From Eledone cirrhosa (Eukaryota): a stretch of 64,000 nucleotides of DNA. Below, piece by piece: positions 1 to 14,584 of the stretch. Position numbers and translations under genes: made by a program. How positions within the stretch are numbered: the stretch's first letter is position 1; each line of letters starts with the position of its first letter. The notes beneath the pieces are model-generated. The model had not been told where the DNA came from, did not search any database, and saw nothing but the letters and a program-made list of their open reading frames with translations. Location of the stretch: positions 215,512,001 through 215,576,000 of the forward strand of contig OZ024740.1 of the NCBI GenBank assembly GCA_964016885.1. Reading direction: 5' to 3'.

Positions 1-659
1 TTGTCTTCATGTCGTCAGAGTTCTTAAAGGTCAAGGTCATCATTTGGGTCAAATTTATGCGTGATCTCTCAGTGTTGGTAGCATTGGTGAATTTACCCGG
101 AGGTCACCCCTTAATTTTACTGGCACTGGCAAAGTTGTTTTTGGTCTTCCGTTATCTAATTTATATCCCCGAAGAACTATTTCAATGCTAATGACCCTTC
201 TCAAAACTATTGAAAATACCTGAAATGATCATAGTTTGTAAGTTTGTTTATATGTTATCTAGCAATGTGACCCAGTTATTCCCGCTTAGGTACCTTTTTT
301 TTAAATACAAGTTCTTTGCACATTTCTTTTGAATATTTTTTTCAGGTAGCATATATTGATATACATTCTTACGACCCAAAATCCTATATCGCCCACCAAA
401 ATGTCCAATGCCCACCATTTTTGTTCAGTTGCTCATTGCCGAATCCAATAGTTGAACTCGTCCTCCGGTAGGTGATATCACCTAGGCTGGGAAACCCTTC
501 TTTATATCTACAGAGGTACAGTTAACAACTGGACTCTGGTCAACAAACTATAATTCTTACTTCTTAAATTTCATTATTTCTTCTTCCTCTTTCTTCACCT
601 CACTTAATCTTCTTTACCTTCCTATTTTCCACAATTTCTTCAGTTATCCCCTCTTATTC

Positions 660-1231
660 GACCTTTCTATCTCTATCTCCTACACTTCTACTTGATAAAC
701 ATTTTAACTCACATTCAATCACTCCCTCCCTCTCTCTCTCTCTTTCTCTCTATCTCTCCCTCCCCCTATCTCTCTCTCTCTTTCTCTCACCATCTGTTAT
801 GTCCCATAATATCAATCAGCTTCCAGTCTCATTCCCTTTCTTTCTCTCTTTCTCATCAATATCAGCCCCCCCCTCTCTCTCTCTCTTCATCTTTGAAGTT
901 ACAACCACCAGTGACACCTCCGCCGCCACCGCCACCATCTCTCCCCCAACCACTACCACCGCCACCACCACCATACCCCCCTCACCACCACCATATCACC
1001 CTCCCCCCACCACCATACCTCCACCCCACCATATCAACAACAACTAAAGTGATTACCTCCACAGTACAACTACAACAACAACCACAACTACTTCAATGCC
1101 AACACCTCTACTACAATAACCACTACGACTACTATCACCACTAATTCACAACCAACAGAACACCACCAACAATACTACTACCACTAACACTAACAACTGC
1201 AGCAATACAGACCAACCACATATATATATCA

Positions 1232-1279
<48 letters not shown>

Positions 1280-1545
1280 ATCTGTCTCTTTCTCTCTCTC
1301 TCACACACGCTCTCCCCCTCTCTCTTTCTCTCTGCCTACCTGTCTTTTTCTCTCTCTCTCACACACACTCTCTCTCTCTCTCTCTTTCTCTCTGCCTACC
1401 TGTCTCTTTCTCTCTCTCTCTCACACACACATTCTCTCTCTCACACACACTCTCTCTCTCTCTCTCTCTTTCTCTCTGCCTACCTGTCTCTTTGTCTCTC
1501 TCTCACTTCTCTCTCTCTCTCTTTGCTTATCTCTCTCTATCTGAA

Positions 1546-1594
<49 letters not shown>

Positions 1595-2370
1595 GTCTAC
1601 CTGTCTCTTTGTCTATCTCTCACTTCTCTCTCTCTCTTTTTGCTTATCTCTCTCGATCTGAATCTCTCTCTCTGCCTCTCTCGCCCCCCCCCTTCTCTCT
1701 ACCTATATCTCTATCTGTCAGCCTCTCTACTTCTCTCTCTATCTCACACACACACACTCTCTCTCTCTCTGCCTATCTCTGTCTCTCACATACACACACA
1801 CCCTCTCTCTTTACCCCGCTCTCTCTTTCTCTCTCTCACGCACACACTCTTTCTCTGCCCCTCTCTCTCTACCTTTCTCTTTGTCTCTCTACCTATATCT
1901 CTATCTGTCATCCTCTCTGCCTCTCTCTCTCTTTCCCTGTCCTTCTACCTATCTGTCTCTCACATTCTCTCACTCCCTCTCTCCCTCCCTCTCTACCCCT
2001 TCTCTCCCTGTCCCTCTTCCTATCTGTCTCTCACTTTCTCTCCCTCCATCTCTGCCCCCTCCCACTCCCTCTCCCTCTCTACTCCCTCTCTACCCCCTCT
2101 CTCTCTGTCCCTCTACCTATCTATCTCTCACATTCTCTCCCTGTCCCTCTCCCTCCCTCTCTCCTCCCTCTCTCCCTGTCCCTCTACCTATCTATCTCTC
2201 ACATTCTCTCCCTCCCTCTCCACCTCCCTCTCTATCCCTCTCCCTGTCCCTCAGCCTATCTGTCTCTCACTTTCTCTCCCTCCCTCTCTACCCCCTCCCT
2301 CTCTCCCTATCTCTCTACCTGTCAGTCTATCTATACCACCCTCCCCCAGTCCTCCACCCCTCCCTTCTAT
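660..2370. repeat. CT-rich low-complexity / (CT)n microsatellite region with short CCA-rich stretch
   Basis: Runs of (CT)n, (CA)n and degenerate CT-rich units; ORFs here are Ser/Leu/Pro artefacts. Confidence 0.9.
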
Positions 2371-2454
2371 ACATAGTTCCTTATTTGATCAATCAATCGA
2401 TTGTCCATTCCGTTGTATATTCAGCTGTTTGCCAAATTTCAGCTCTGTTTCCAT

Positions 2455-2830
2455 ATTATTATCATTATTGTTGTTGTTGTTGTTGTTGTTGTTGTTACTG
2501 TTGTTGTTGTTACTGTTGTTGTTGTTGCTGTTATTACTGTTGTTGTTACTGTTGTTGTTGTTACTGTTGTTGTTGTTACTGTTGTTGTTGTTACTGTTGT
2601 TGTTACTGTTGTTGTTGTTACTGTTGTTGTTGTTACTGTTGTTGTTGTTACTGTTGCTCTTGTTGTTGCTGTTGTTGTTACTGTTGTTGTTGTTGTTGTT
2701 ACTGTTATTGTTACTGTTGTTGTTACTGTTGTTGTTGTTGTCATTGTTGTTGTTGTTGTTATTATTGTTATTGTTGTTAGTGTTGCTGTTATTGCTATTT
2801 ATTGTTACCGCCGTCATCATCATCATTGTC
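2455..2830. repeat. (GTT)n / GTTACT trinucleotide microsatellite
   Basis: Seen directly in sequence. Confidence 0.95.
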
Positions 2831-3212
2831 GTCTCCTCCTCCCCAACCCCTTCTTCTTCTTAAATATATAAATCATCATCATCATCATTATTATTAAAGA
2901 AACAATTATTATTATTATTGTGTTGAAAGCAAACTAAAAACACCGATGACGTCATCAGCTCGAAAGTAGAAATAGATCCCAGAATAAACACGCTTCCATT
3001 CTATTAAACTCCCCCATATTTTTTATATATTTCCCTCTGTCTTCTATATTTCAGGGATCTTTCCTCCACCTACTTCCCCTACTTTCCCTCTCCCTGTCTT
3101 TTCTTCCCCTCTCACCTCCTCTCCTCCTTCTCTCCTCTTTCTTTCCTTCTCCACCCTCCTCTGTATTTTTACACCTCCAACTACTTCTTTCCCTCTTTAT
3201 TCTTCCCAAGCC

Positions 3213-3311
<99 letters not shown>

Positions 3312-3432
3312 CTTTTTCTTTCCGCTCTCTCTTACTCTCTTACTCTCTTATTCTTTTACTCTCTCACGCTTTCCCTCCTTACCCCCTTTCTTTCCCGTGT
3401 GTTCCTTTTAATCTTTCTTTGTGTTTCTTTTT

Positions 3433-3492
<60 letters not shown>

Positions 3493-3500
3493 TCCATCTT
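3213..3500. repeat. (TATC)n (3213-3311) and (TTTC)n (about 3430-3500) tetranucleotide repeats
   Basis: Seen directly in sequence. Confidence 0.95.
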
Positions 3501-3595
3501 TCTTTCTTTCTTTCCTTCTTGTTTACTTTCTGTTTTGTTCATGTTTTGCTGCCATCTCAGCCTGCTTTGATGACTTTAGTGTTATTGCTTGTAAA

Positions 3596-4311
3596 AACAG
3601 CAGACAGCAACAACAACAACAGACAACAACAACAACAGCGACAACAACAACAACAACAGACAACAACAACAACAACAGCGACAACAACAACAACAGCAAC
3701 AGCGACAACAACAACAACAGACAACAACAACAACAGCGACAACAACAACAACAGCGACAACAACAACAACAGACAGCAACAACAACAGTAACAACAGCAA
3801 CAACAACAGGAACAACAGCAACAACAACAGTGACAACAACAACAGCGACAACAACAACAACAGCAGACAGCAACAACAACAACAACAGACAGTAACAACA
3901 ACAGCAACAACAACAGCAACAACAGCAACAACAACAACAGACAGCAACAACAGCAACAACAACAGACAGCAACAACAGACAGTAACAACAACAGCGACAA
4001 CAACAACAACAGACAACAACAACATAGCAACAACAACAACAGACAGTAGCAACAACAACAGTAGCAACAACAAAAAAAAACAACAGCAGACAGCAATAAC
4101 AACAACAGCAGTACCAACAGCAATAACAACAACAGCTGCAACAAGAACAGCAACAACAGCTGCAACAACAACAACAGCAACAACAGCTGCAACAACAACA
4201 ACAGCAGCATAGACAACAGATGCAATAACAATATCAACAGCAGTAGCAACATTAACAACAACATAAAACAACAATAACAGCAGTATCAACATTAACAACA
4301 ACACCACCACC

Positions 4312-4376
<65 letters not shown>

Positions 4377-5687
4377 CTACCACAACAGGTGCAATAAAAA
4401 TATCAACAACAACAGCGACAACAACAACAATAGCAACGAAAACAACAACAACAACAACAATAACAGCAATAACAACAGCAACAACTACAACAACAACAGC
4501 AACAACAACAACACCAACAACAGCAACAACTACAACAATAACAGCAATAACAATAGCAACAACAACAACAACAACAACAACAATAACAACAACAATAACA
4601 GCAATAACAACAACAGTTGCAACAACAACAGCAACAACTACAACAACAATAACAACAAGTGTTGCAACAACAACAATTGTTGTAATAATTGTTTCTATTT
4701 TTGGCACAATGCTAACAAATTTGGAGAAGACAGTCGATTATATTGATCCCAATGAATTACTGGTACTCGACCCTGGAGGGATGAAAGATAAAGCTAACCT
4801 GGGGGAGTAGGATTTGAACTCAGAAGGTAAAACATTGGAAAGGGAACCTCCAAATACTCCACACGACATACAACTCTGACATGTGATAGAACAACAACAA
4901 CAATGGCAGCAGATGGATTAACAACAACAACAACGATGGCAGCAAATGGATTAATAACAACAACAACAAATACAATAACAACAACAATAACGAATACAAT
5001 AACAACAACAACAAATACAATAACAACAAATACAATTACAACAACAACAAATACAATTACAACAACAAATACAATTACAACAACAAATACAATAACAACA
5101 ACAACAACAACAACAAATACAATAACAGCAACAACAACAACAACAACAAATACAATTACAACAACAAATAAAATTACAACAACAAATACAATAACAACAA
5201 CAACAACTACAATAACAACAACAACAACAAATACAATTACAACAACAACAAATACAATTACAACAACAAATACAATAACAACAACAACAACAAATACAAT
5301 TACAACAACAACAAATACACTAACAACAACAAATACACTAACAACAACAAATACACTAACAACAACAAATACAATAATAACAACAACAATAAATACAATA
5401 ATAACAACAACAAATACAATAATAACAACAACAAATATAATAACAACAACAAATACAATAATAACAACAAATACAATAATAACAACAACGACAAATACAA
5501 TAATAACAACTACAACAAATACAATAACAACAACAACAACAACAAATACAATATTAACAACGACAACAACAAATACAATAACAACAACAAATACAATATT
5601 AACAACGACAACAACAAATACAATAACAACAACAACAAATACAATATTAACAACGACAACAACAGATACGATAACAACAACAAAAAC
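3596..5687. repeat. (ACA)n-derived compound microsatellite, interrupted by a SINE fragment
   Basis: ACA/GCA/ACAAAT runs. Confidence 0.95.
4685..4835 (-). mobile_element. tRNA-derived SINE fragment
   Basis: Shares ACTGGTAC...CGACCC...GGATGAAAG...GGATTTGAACTCAGA with the other SINE copies in the window (e.g. 34900-35092). Confidence 0.7.
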
Positions 5688-8600
5688 GGGTAGAGCTCCT
5701 CGGTAGCACTGCCAGGACAGGGACCTCTGGAAGTTGTCCATAGGTCCCGGGCGGAAAGTCCTACCGAACAGACTGCTGAGTTCGTCGTCTTCAACGCCTA
5801 GAGTCTCTCCGAGCACGTCGTCGCACTTGTAAAGTACTAACCCTCTATAGAATGTCGAAGTGGAGTCTCCAAAGATTGCTGTGCCCGCTTGACAGAGGAC
5901 TGTGAGCGCCTGGGCACATTCAATGTGCCAGGCGCCCATCTTTTTCGGTCTTCGTTTCACCCAGGACTGCAGCTCCGCCGGCGAGGCAAGTTGTGGGAAG
6001 GCCTATCTCACAAACGGTGCCCACACCGGTTGGTCGGTGAGGAATACCTGGAGATGCCGTAGCCTCAGCGCATGTTTGCGCATCATTAGCCACGGCATGG
6101 CCACCCCTCCGTTGGAAGGGTGTTGACAGCAAACGGATCTCCTCACCAGTGGAGCCTGCTTCTTCCACAGGAACTGGAAGAGAATGCGTTCCATCTTGGT
6201 GAGGTATTCACGGGGACAAGGCACGACAGTCAAGCTGTAGTAGATGACGGACGCTATGAAAGTGTTCGCCACCTCCGCTCGAACTTTCAAAGACAATCTG
6301 CACTCTGCCCACTTCTGGGTGAGCGCAAATATCTTCGCCATGACCTTGTTCCAGTTTTCTCCACCTGGAGGTCTGGACCGAACCAGACCCCGAGCAATTT
6401 CACCGGTCCTTCCGTCCAGCGTCGTCGGGCGGCATCGGTTTGCCTCTCCACGTTCCGAGTTGCAAACCGGCAGACTAGTCCGGGTTCAGTTTTGCTCCTG
6501 TAAAGATTTCGTATTCCTGTAGTAAATTGCCGATTACCTTGATTTCCGAGGTTTTCGACACCATTACCGTCAAGTCGTCGGCATAAGCCGACGCCGATTT
6601 TCGCAGTAGTGGCTCTAGAGTCAATACGTTCAGAATGGAGGAGAGAGAGGGCATCCCTGTCGAATGGAACGCGTGATTGCGAACGGCTCCGATAAGTAGC
6701 CGTTCACCTTGACCCTCGAGCTGATGCCGGTGTGCATCGCCTTGATCCAGCCTCTGAAAACGGGACCGAAATCGAATGCCTTAAACTGATCTAAATTGAT
6801 CAGAGCCCCACCGAAACCGGGTTTTATGATGTATCGCATGAGATGGAGGTTGTCGTGTATGGACCTGGTCGGGATTGCACACGTTTGCGCTTTCCCTACC
6901 AGGTTCTCGACGACAAGCGCCAGCCTCGTTGCTCGCACCTTGGCCAAAATCTTTAACTCTGTGTTGAGCAGAGTTATGGGCTTGAAATTGTTTATTTCAT
7001 CCCCCTTGTTCTCGCCTTTCCTTATCAGCGTTACTACGCCTTTGCCTGCAGAACTGGTAATTGTCCCGTTCTGCTGCCAATTGCAGTAGACGGCTTCGAG
7101 GATGCCAGAGAACAAGTCCGGCATGCCTATGTAAAACTCATAGGGTAGACCATCTAGACCGGGTGATTTGCGTTTCCCGCGGCGGCCCAGAGCGTCCCGT
7201 ATCTCAGTGGCTGTGATCGGTCTTTCGCAGAACTTGGCGTCCATGCTCGAGAGACGCGGCAGGCCGTCGAGGTATGAACCAAAGTCCATTGCCCCGTTCA
7301 GTGCACCGTCGTTCTGCTCAAACAGTCGCACAAAGTGCCGCTGAAAGGCCGCGCACATCTGCCTGGGGCCAAGTAGCACGCGTCCGTTTTGGTCTTTCAA
7401 AGACCGAATCGTGGACTTGTTGCCACTTTTCGCTTCCGCCACTCGGGCCCAGTTAACAGTTTTTGCTCCCTCGTTTCCTAGAGCACGTGATTTACTTCTG
7501 ACCACGCAGCCTTCGTGTTTCGCGTCGAAGTGGTCCAGTGCCGTTCTCGATGCTAAGACTCTAGCTGCGTAGCCACTACTAAGCGCCTCTTCTACCTTGG
7601 CTACTAGTTCTGTTTCTCATTTGTTTTTCTCTGAAGCTAATTATCTGCTAAACCCTATCGATTCTACTCCAATTGCTCTCTTGAGAGAGTACAACCATCT
7701 ATTGTTGACGATGGCTCCCGTCAACTCTTGCTTAACTAATCTACTTATCCGTTCACTGTAGGCTTTTTGTGCCGGCAACGACACGTTCAGCTTCCAGTAT
7801 TCGGGTCCTTGTCTATGTATTCTATCATGGTTGATTATGCAGACGACTAGTTTGTGATCGGAATAGGCAACCATGTGCATTTGTGGACAGCTTAACATCT
7901 TCTTGTCCTTTTCTCTAATGGAAAACCTATCTAGATACGATGTCCCCCTATCTAGATGTCCCCCTGCGGTTTGCCCACGTCCACTGCAGTTGATTGTGGT
8001 GGTGTTTGAGTTGTTGTTTGTGTTGGTGGTTGTGTGTTCGTGTTGGTGATTGTTGTTTTTGTGGCTTTGTGGTGTCTTTTTTTTTTGTTTTTGTGATTTC
8101 CGAGGCTCTCCTTAATCTTCACTTGGGGACGGAGAAGTAGCCTCGTCTGGTGATGTATCGTCATCAGGGGCGTGTGGGAGGGGTATGTTGTGTGGTGATG
8201 GTGTGTTTGTGTGTGTGATTGTGGTAGTGTTGGATGGAGTGGGATGGGGTGGGACTGTGTTTTTCAGGGGAATTGTTTGTGTTTTTGTTGTTGTTTGTGG
8301 TTGAACAGTTGTTTGTTTTTGTGTGCTTGCTTGTTTTGTGTGTAGTTGTTGTTGTTGTGGTTTTGGCGTTGGTGTTGGTAAAAGTACCTTTTTGGGAGTG
8401 GTGGTGTTTGTTCGTAAGAGGGGACAGGAGGCCTTTAAATGCGATGTGCTTGCGCAATTAAAACAATGTGGCCTCCCGTTTTCTGCCGAAATCTATATAT
8501 AGTTTGTATGGTATCTTGGAAATTCTGTCCAGTTTCATTTGGACCAAAATTTCCAAGCTTGGGCCGTTCCAGGTGTTTCTTGTGGATTTTTGAATCGAGA

Positions 8601-9380
8601 GTATTGTGTCTTCATCTTCCTCCAAGAACCCTGCCAGAATCCACCAGATGTTAATGTTGGGTGGTATATTGGTGATGTTTATTCTTTGTGTTCTTTTTCC
8701 CATGTATGTAGGGAAAAAGGTGTGTGTGGCAGAGGTGACCGGGGTCACTGAGTATTTTTTCGCAAGCGCCTCACTTTTGAAGAGCACCGAAATGTTTCCA
8801 TATAGTTTAGCCCTTTGTATGTATTGTATTTCCGGCATTGCCGCTTTCAAGACGATTTCAATTTCGCCTTGAGTAAGGAAAGCCGTTTTTTTTTTGTTTG
8901 TTCAAAATCGTGCGAAAAATCACAGTCCTTCGCATAGTGTCGGCTTTGACTTGTGGCGGAGAGGTTATTTTAAATCCCCCTTTTTCCTCGAAGGTAATAT
9001 ATTTTTTTCCTTCATTGATCATTTCCTTCGCATTGGAAATATCAATATTTGTAAAAGTTCCTTTGCTTATTGTCGCAAAAGATTTTTTATGGTTGCTGTT
9101 GTTGTTGTTGTCATTGTTGTCGTTGTTGTTGTTGTTTTTGTTGTTATCAATTGCTTGATGTGTGGTTGTGGAGTTCATTTGTGAAGTTGTGTTTTTTTCT
9201 TGTCCAATACTTTTTTGTGCCGGATGTGTTTCCATACTTTTGTTTTCGGTCACTACCTGTTGCCATAGTGACATTCATTTCACTTATGGCGGGAAGCGCT
9301 TCAATTTTATCATTCATAGTTATAAAAACAATTTGTTATAAATTTTCTGAAAATTTCAATGACCCACCCACTGACAAATG
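5688..9380 (-). mobile_element. Degenerate Tx1-clade LINE; internal deletion (end of ORF1 / start of endonuclease), frameshifted RT, 3' end lost in (ACA)n
   Basis: Pieces homologous to the intact copy at 39521-44695: KSPGLDGLPYEFY, FKPITLLNTELKIL, SIRQGCPLSP, YSDHKLV; ORF1 FFPTYMGKRTQRI. Confidence 0.92.
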
Positions 9381-9414
9381 ACAACAGACAGAGGCAAAAT
9401 TCGAAAGAAAAGAG

Positions 9415-9841
9415 ATACAACAACAACAACAACAACGACGATGACAACAAGAGCAGTAACAATAACAATAACAACAGGAGCAACAAGAACAACAGTAGCA
9501 GTAACAACAACAGTAGCATCATCAACAACAACAACAACAACAACAACAACAGCAACAAAAACAACAGTAGCAGCAGCAACAACAGTAGCAGCAGCAGCAA
9601 CAACAACAACAACAGCAACAACAACAACAGTAACAACAACAACAGTAGCAAAAACAAACAAAAGTAACAGCAACAACAACAGTAGCAGCAGCAACAACAA
9701 CAACAACAGCAACACGAACAACAGTAGCAGCAACAACAACAACAGTAGCAGCAACAACAACTGCAGCAATAACAACAACAACAACAACAACAACAACAGT
9801 AGCACAACAACAACTGCAGCAATAACAACAACTGCAGCAAT

Positions 9842-9887
<46 letters not shown>

Positions 9888-9997
9888 GCAACAACAACAA
9901 CAACAACAACAACAGTAGCAGCAACAACAATAGCAGCAACGACAACTGCAGCAATAACAACAACAACAACAGTAGCAGCAACATCAACTGCAGCAAT

Positions 9998-10055
<58 letters not shown>

Positions 10056-10232
10056 GTAACAGCAACAACAACAACAACAGTAACTGTAACAACAACTGCA
10101 ACTACAATAGTGATAGTAATACCAACAGGAGAAGCAAAAACAACAGAGATAACAGCTAAAGTAATGCAATAATAATAACAACAGCAACTACAACACCACC
10201 ACCACCACCACTACCAACAACAACAACAACAA
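9415..10232. repeat. (ACA)n/(GCA)n microsatellite
   Basis: Seen directly in sequence. Confidence 0.95.
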
Positions 10233-10371
10233 TATTACACCATTTTGTATTATGAACCCTTGAAACCCTTGCAAATAAATAAATAAATGAACGTTTTGTA
10301 ATAATTATAGGTTCTTTTCATTCAGTATTTCGTTTTGTATTCTGTCGGTATAGGATTGCTAAATATTAAAC

Positions 10372-12400
10372 TGTATCCTACAGTTACAGATAAGATAGAT
10401 AGGCTCCATCTTATAGACTTTATTGTGTTGAGCAAACAAGCTCTCTGTTATCCTACAGTTACAGATAAGATAGATAGACTCCTTCTTATAGACTTTATTG
10501 TGTTGAGCAAACAAGCTCTCTGTTATCCTACAGTTACAGATAAGATAGATAGACTCCTTCTTATAGACTTTATTGTGTTGAGCAAACAAGCTCTCTGTTA
10601 TCCTACAGTTACAGATAAGATAGATAGACTCCATCTTATAGACTTTATTGTGTTGAGCAAACAAGCTCTCTGTTATCCTACAGTTACAGATAAGATAGAT
10701 AGACTCCTTCTTATAGACTTTATTGTGTTGAGCAAACAAGCTCTCTGTTATCCTACAGTTACAGATAAGATAGATAGACTCCTTCTTATAGACTTTATTG
10801 TGTTGAGCAAACAAGCTCTCTGTTATCCTACAGTTACAGATAAGATAGATAGACTCCTTCTTATAGACTTTATTGTGTTGAGCAAACAAGCTCTCTGTTA
10901 TCCTACAGTTACAGATAAGATAGATAGACTCCATCTTATAGACTTTATTGTGTTGAGCAAACAAGCTCTCTGTTATCCTACAGTTACAGATAAGATAGAT
11001 AGACTCCTTCTTATAGACTTTATTGTGTTGAGCAAACAAGCTCTCTGTTATCCTACAGTTACAGATAAGATAGATAGACTCCTTCTTATAGACTTTATTG
11101 TGTTGAGCAAACAAGCTCTCTGTTATCCTACAGTTACAGATAAGATAGATAGACTCCTTCTTATAGACTTTATTGTGTTGAGCAAACAAGCTCTCTGTTA
11201 TCCTACAGTTACAGATAAGATAGATAGACTCCTTCTTATAGACTTTATTGTGTTGAGCAAACAAGCTCTCTGTTATCCTACAGTTACAGATAAGATAGAT
11301 AGACTCCTTCTTATAGACTTTATTGTGTTGAGCAAACAAGCTCTCTGTTATCCTACAGTTACAGATAAGATAGATAGACTCCATCTTATAGACTTTATTG
11401 TGTTGAGCAAACAAGCTCTCTGTTATCCTGCAGTTACAGATAAGATAGATAGACTCCTTCTTATAGACTTTATTGTGTTGAGCAAACAAGCTCTCTGTTA
11501 TCCTACAGTTACAGATAAGATAGATAGACTCCTTCTTATAGACTTTATTGTGTTGAGCAAACAAGCTCTCTGTTATCCTACAGTTACAGATAAGATAGAT
11601 AGACTCCTTCTTATAGACTTTATTGTGTTGAGCAAACAAGCTCTCTGTTATCCTACAGTTACAGATAAGATAGATAGACTCCATCTTATAGACTTTATTG
11701 TGTTGAGCAAACAAGCTCTCTGTTATCCTACAGTTACAGATAAGATAGATAGACTCCATCTTATAGACTTTATTGTGTTGAGCAAACAAGCTCTCTGTTA
11801 TCCTACAGTTACAGATAAGATAGATAGACTCCTTCTTATAGACTTTATTGTGTTGAGCAAACAAGCTCTCTGTTATCCTACAGTTACAGATAAGATAGAT
11901 AGACTCCATCTTATAGACTTTATTGTGTTGAGCAAACAAGCTCTCTGTTATCCTACAGTTACAGATAAGATAGATAGACTCCATCTTATAGACTTGATTG
12001 TGTTGAGCAAACAAGCTCTCTGTTATCCTACAGTTACAGATAAGATAGATAGACTCCATCTTATAGACTTTATTGTGTTGAGCAAACAAGCTCTCTGTTA
12101 TCCTACAGTTACAGATAAGATAGATAGGCTCCATCTTATAGACTTTATTGTGTTGAGCAAACAAGCTCTCTGTTATCCTACAGTTACAGATAAGATAGAT
12201 AGGCTCCATCTTATTATCCTTATTGTGTTGAGCAAACAAGCTCTCTGTTATCCTACAGTTACAGATAAGATATATAGGCTCCTTCTTATAGTCCAAACAA
12301 GCTCTCTATCATCCTACAGACATAAGATATCTAGAGTCTTTCTTATAGTCATTGCTTTGCACAGTAAACAAGCTCCCTATTATCCTACAGTCATAGATAA
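10372..12400. repeat. 75-bp tandem satellite, about 25 near-identical units plus degenerate edge units
   Basis: Unit TATCCTACAGTTACAGATAAGATAGATAGACTCC(A/T)TCTTATAGACTTTATTGTGTTGAGCAAACAAGCTCTCTGT; 25-aa periodicity in the ORF track. Confidence 0.98.
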
Positions 12401-13562
12401 GGCCACTTTACCTGTCAGGTATGGGGGCTTTGGCCTCCGGTCCCCGATCTCACTGGCCTTGCCGGCGTTTTTTTCGTGGGTAACCTCATACCACGTCCTC
12501 GTCAGCAGGGTTCTCCAAAACACAATGGAACCCTCTGTGATCAGGGAACGTGAGGCCGCCTGTGAGACGTGGGACCGGCTGGGACTTAGCCCAGTAGACG
12601 TCCCTCCTCCTTCTCCCCCTGTTGACGTCAAGTCCCCCCAAAGCATTTAGGATGCTATCCAGTAAGCCTGGCTTCAGACAGGCTCACGCGCCAGCTCGAC
12701 CAGCACCGTCTTGCATGTTTTCGTGCGGCCTCCAAACCCCAACAGTGGTGTTTGGCTCCATGCCTTGCCCTCCTTCTCCACTGGCACGCAGCTAGATATC
12801 AATAGCCTGTGCATCGGCGTTTCCTTGAGGCTTGGCCTCCAGATCTGCGAACAACACCAATGTCGCTGCGGTTCCACCGTGGACTCTTTCGGCCTCCACC
12901 CGCTTTCTTGTCGCCACAGTGCCGGCCGCCTTCCACGCCATGCTGCCCTCAATGAGGTCATAAACCATGGCTTGGACGCTGCAGGCTTCCCTTCCCAGCT
13001 CGAGCCGGTGGGGCTGGACCGAGAGGACGGCAAAAGGCCAGATGGCATGACCATCTTCCCGTTCCGCGGTGGCAAACTCCTCGTCTGGGATGTCACTTGC
13101 ACCGACACTTTCTCCAGCCGCAACTTGGTGCAGTCTGCGACTAACCCAGGTTCTGCTGCACGTCGGGCTGAGGAGGCCAAACTCTTCAAATACCGCTAGC
13201 TCTCCGACAGGTTTGCGGTTGTATCCTTGGCAGTGGAGACTTCTGGTGTCCTCGGCCCTAGGGCTACCTCCCTACTCACCACCATGGGCGTTGAGCTGGC
13301 CGGCCGCAGGTGTTAGCCTCGCGAGCTGGAATGGCTATTTCAGCGCGTCTCCCTTGCCGTCCTCCGGGGAAACAAACGCCTTCTCCATTCTGTCTGCCGG
13401 GGCTGTGAGGAGGCCACCGATATGATTGACTGACTTGTCATTTTGTCAGTCAGATATTCACTCATCCACTCTTCACCCAATTCTACACTTATCACTTTCA
13501 CTAAGGAAACTCCTTTCTGTTACTTATTCTGAGAATTATCTATTTCAGAAATGTCAACCAAC
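12401..13562 (+). mobile_element. 5'-truncated CRE-like non-LTR retrotransposon (RT C-terminus, zinc finger, restriction-like endonuclease), disrupted
   Basis: ATLPVRYGGFGLR, WLHALP, CRCG..HPLSC, RHAALN, KRPDG...WDVTC, LFQRVSLAVLRGN motifs typical of CRE-clade RLE domains; stops and frameshifts present. Confidence 0.8.
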
Positions 13563-14239
13563 GTATATAGGGTCTTTCTTATAGTCCTTGCTGTGCCAAT
13601 TAAACAAGCTCTCTATCGAGTCAAGAAAGTCATCCCTATAGTCAACATTAACTAGTTAAACTTCTTTACATAGCCTCTAAAGCTTCCATTACAATAGGGA
13701 TGATAACACATTTACGGCTATTTCCAACTTCTCGAATTTAACAATTTTGCACAGGTATTATATTCTTTATATATTTGCTTACCATTCTAGTATGAAACCA
13801 GCTGTTCTTTCTTCCCTGACGATACGGTAAAAACTCATTCTTGATGTAGCACCTCATTAGTATTGATGCACTTTCTGTTGTTGTTGTTATTGTTATTGTT
13901 ATTCTTGCTGTGGACACTGAGTTATAATTGTCAGTGGTGTGACCTTCTTCCTGTTACTTATCACCATTTCTATGTCTACCAGGTTGATGTTATCACTTAT
14001 TTCATGATGGACGGTGGAATGGTAGAATCGTTAGAACACCTGTGGTATTTAATTAAGTTGTTTTGCATTCTAAACTGAGTTTCTGTTGGTGTCAACTTTG
14101 TCTTTCATCCTTCCTTCATTGATGTAGTAACTACCAACTACAGCTGCTCTTCAGACATTAATCAGTTTTCACATGGAAGAACTCGTTATTGTTCTACTTG
14201 TTGCTGTTACTCTAGTCTTGTATTTGTTGTTGTAAGGGT

Positions 14240-14445
14240 TGTGGATTGGCAGTATCAGTGGAGGGTAGAACAAAATGCTTTGTGGCATATAGTTACGTCT
14301 GAGTTTAGATCCTGCCGCAGTGAACTTTGCCTTTCATCTTTGCGGGATCGATAAAATAAAGTACCAGTAACACACTGGGGTCGATGTAATTTACTTTCCC
14401 CTCCCCCAAAATTGTTGGCCTTGTGCCTAAATCAGAAACCATTCT
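14240..14445 (+). mobile_element. tRNA-derived SINE followed by (GTT)n/(GCT)n
   Basis: CTTTGCCTTTCATC...GATCGATAAAATAAAGTACCAGT...CTGGGGTCGAT core shared with other copies. Confidence 0.75.
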
Positions 14446-14501
14446 ATTTGTTGCTGTCGTCGTCGTCGTTGTTGTTGTTGCTGCTGCTGCTGTTCTTGTG
14501 T

Positions 14502-14584
<83 letters not shown>

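Noticed and set aside
1-600. Possible decayed LINE ORF1 on the minus strand
   Set aside because: Only a faint knuckle-like trace with many stops; not supportable
692-5706. Long ORFs rich in Leu/Ser, Cys, Val, Thr or Asn
   Set aside because: Translations of CT, GTT and ACA microsatellites with no domain content
10372-12300. CRISPR-like regular array
   Set aside because: Units are contiguous and near-identical with no unique spacers; eukaryotic context, no cas genes
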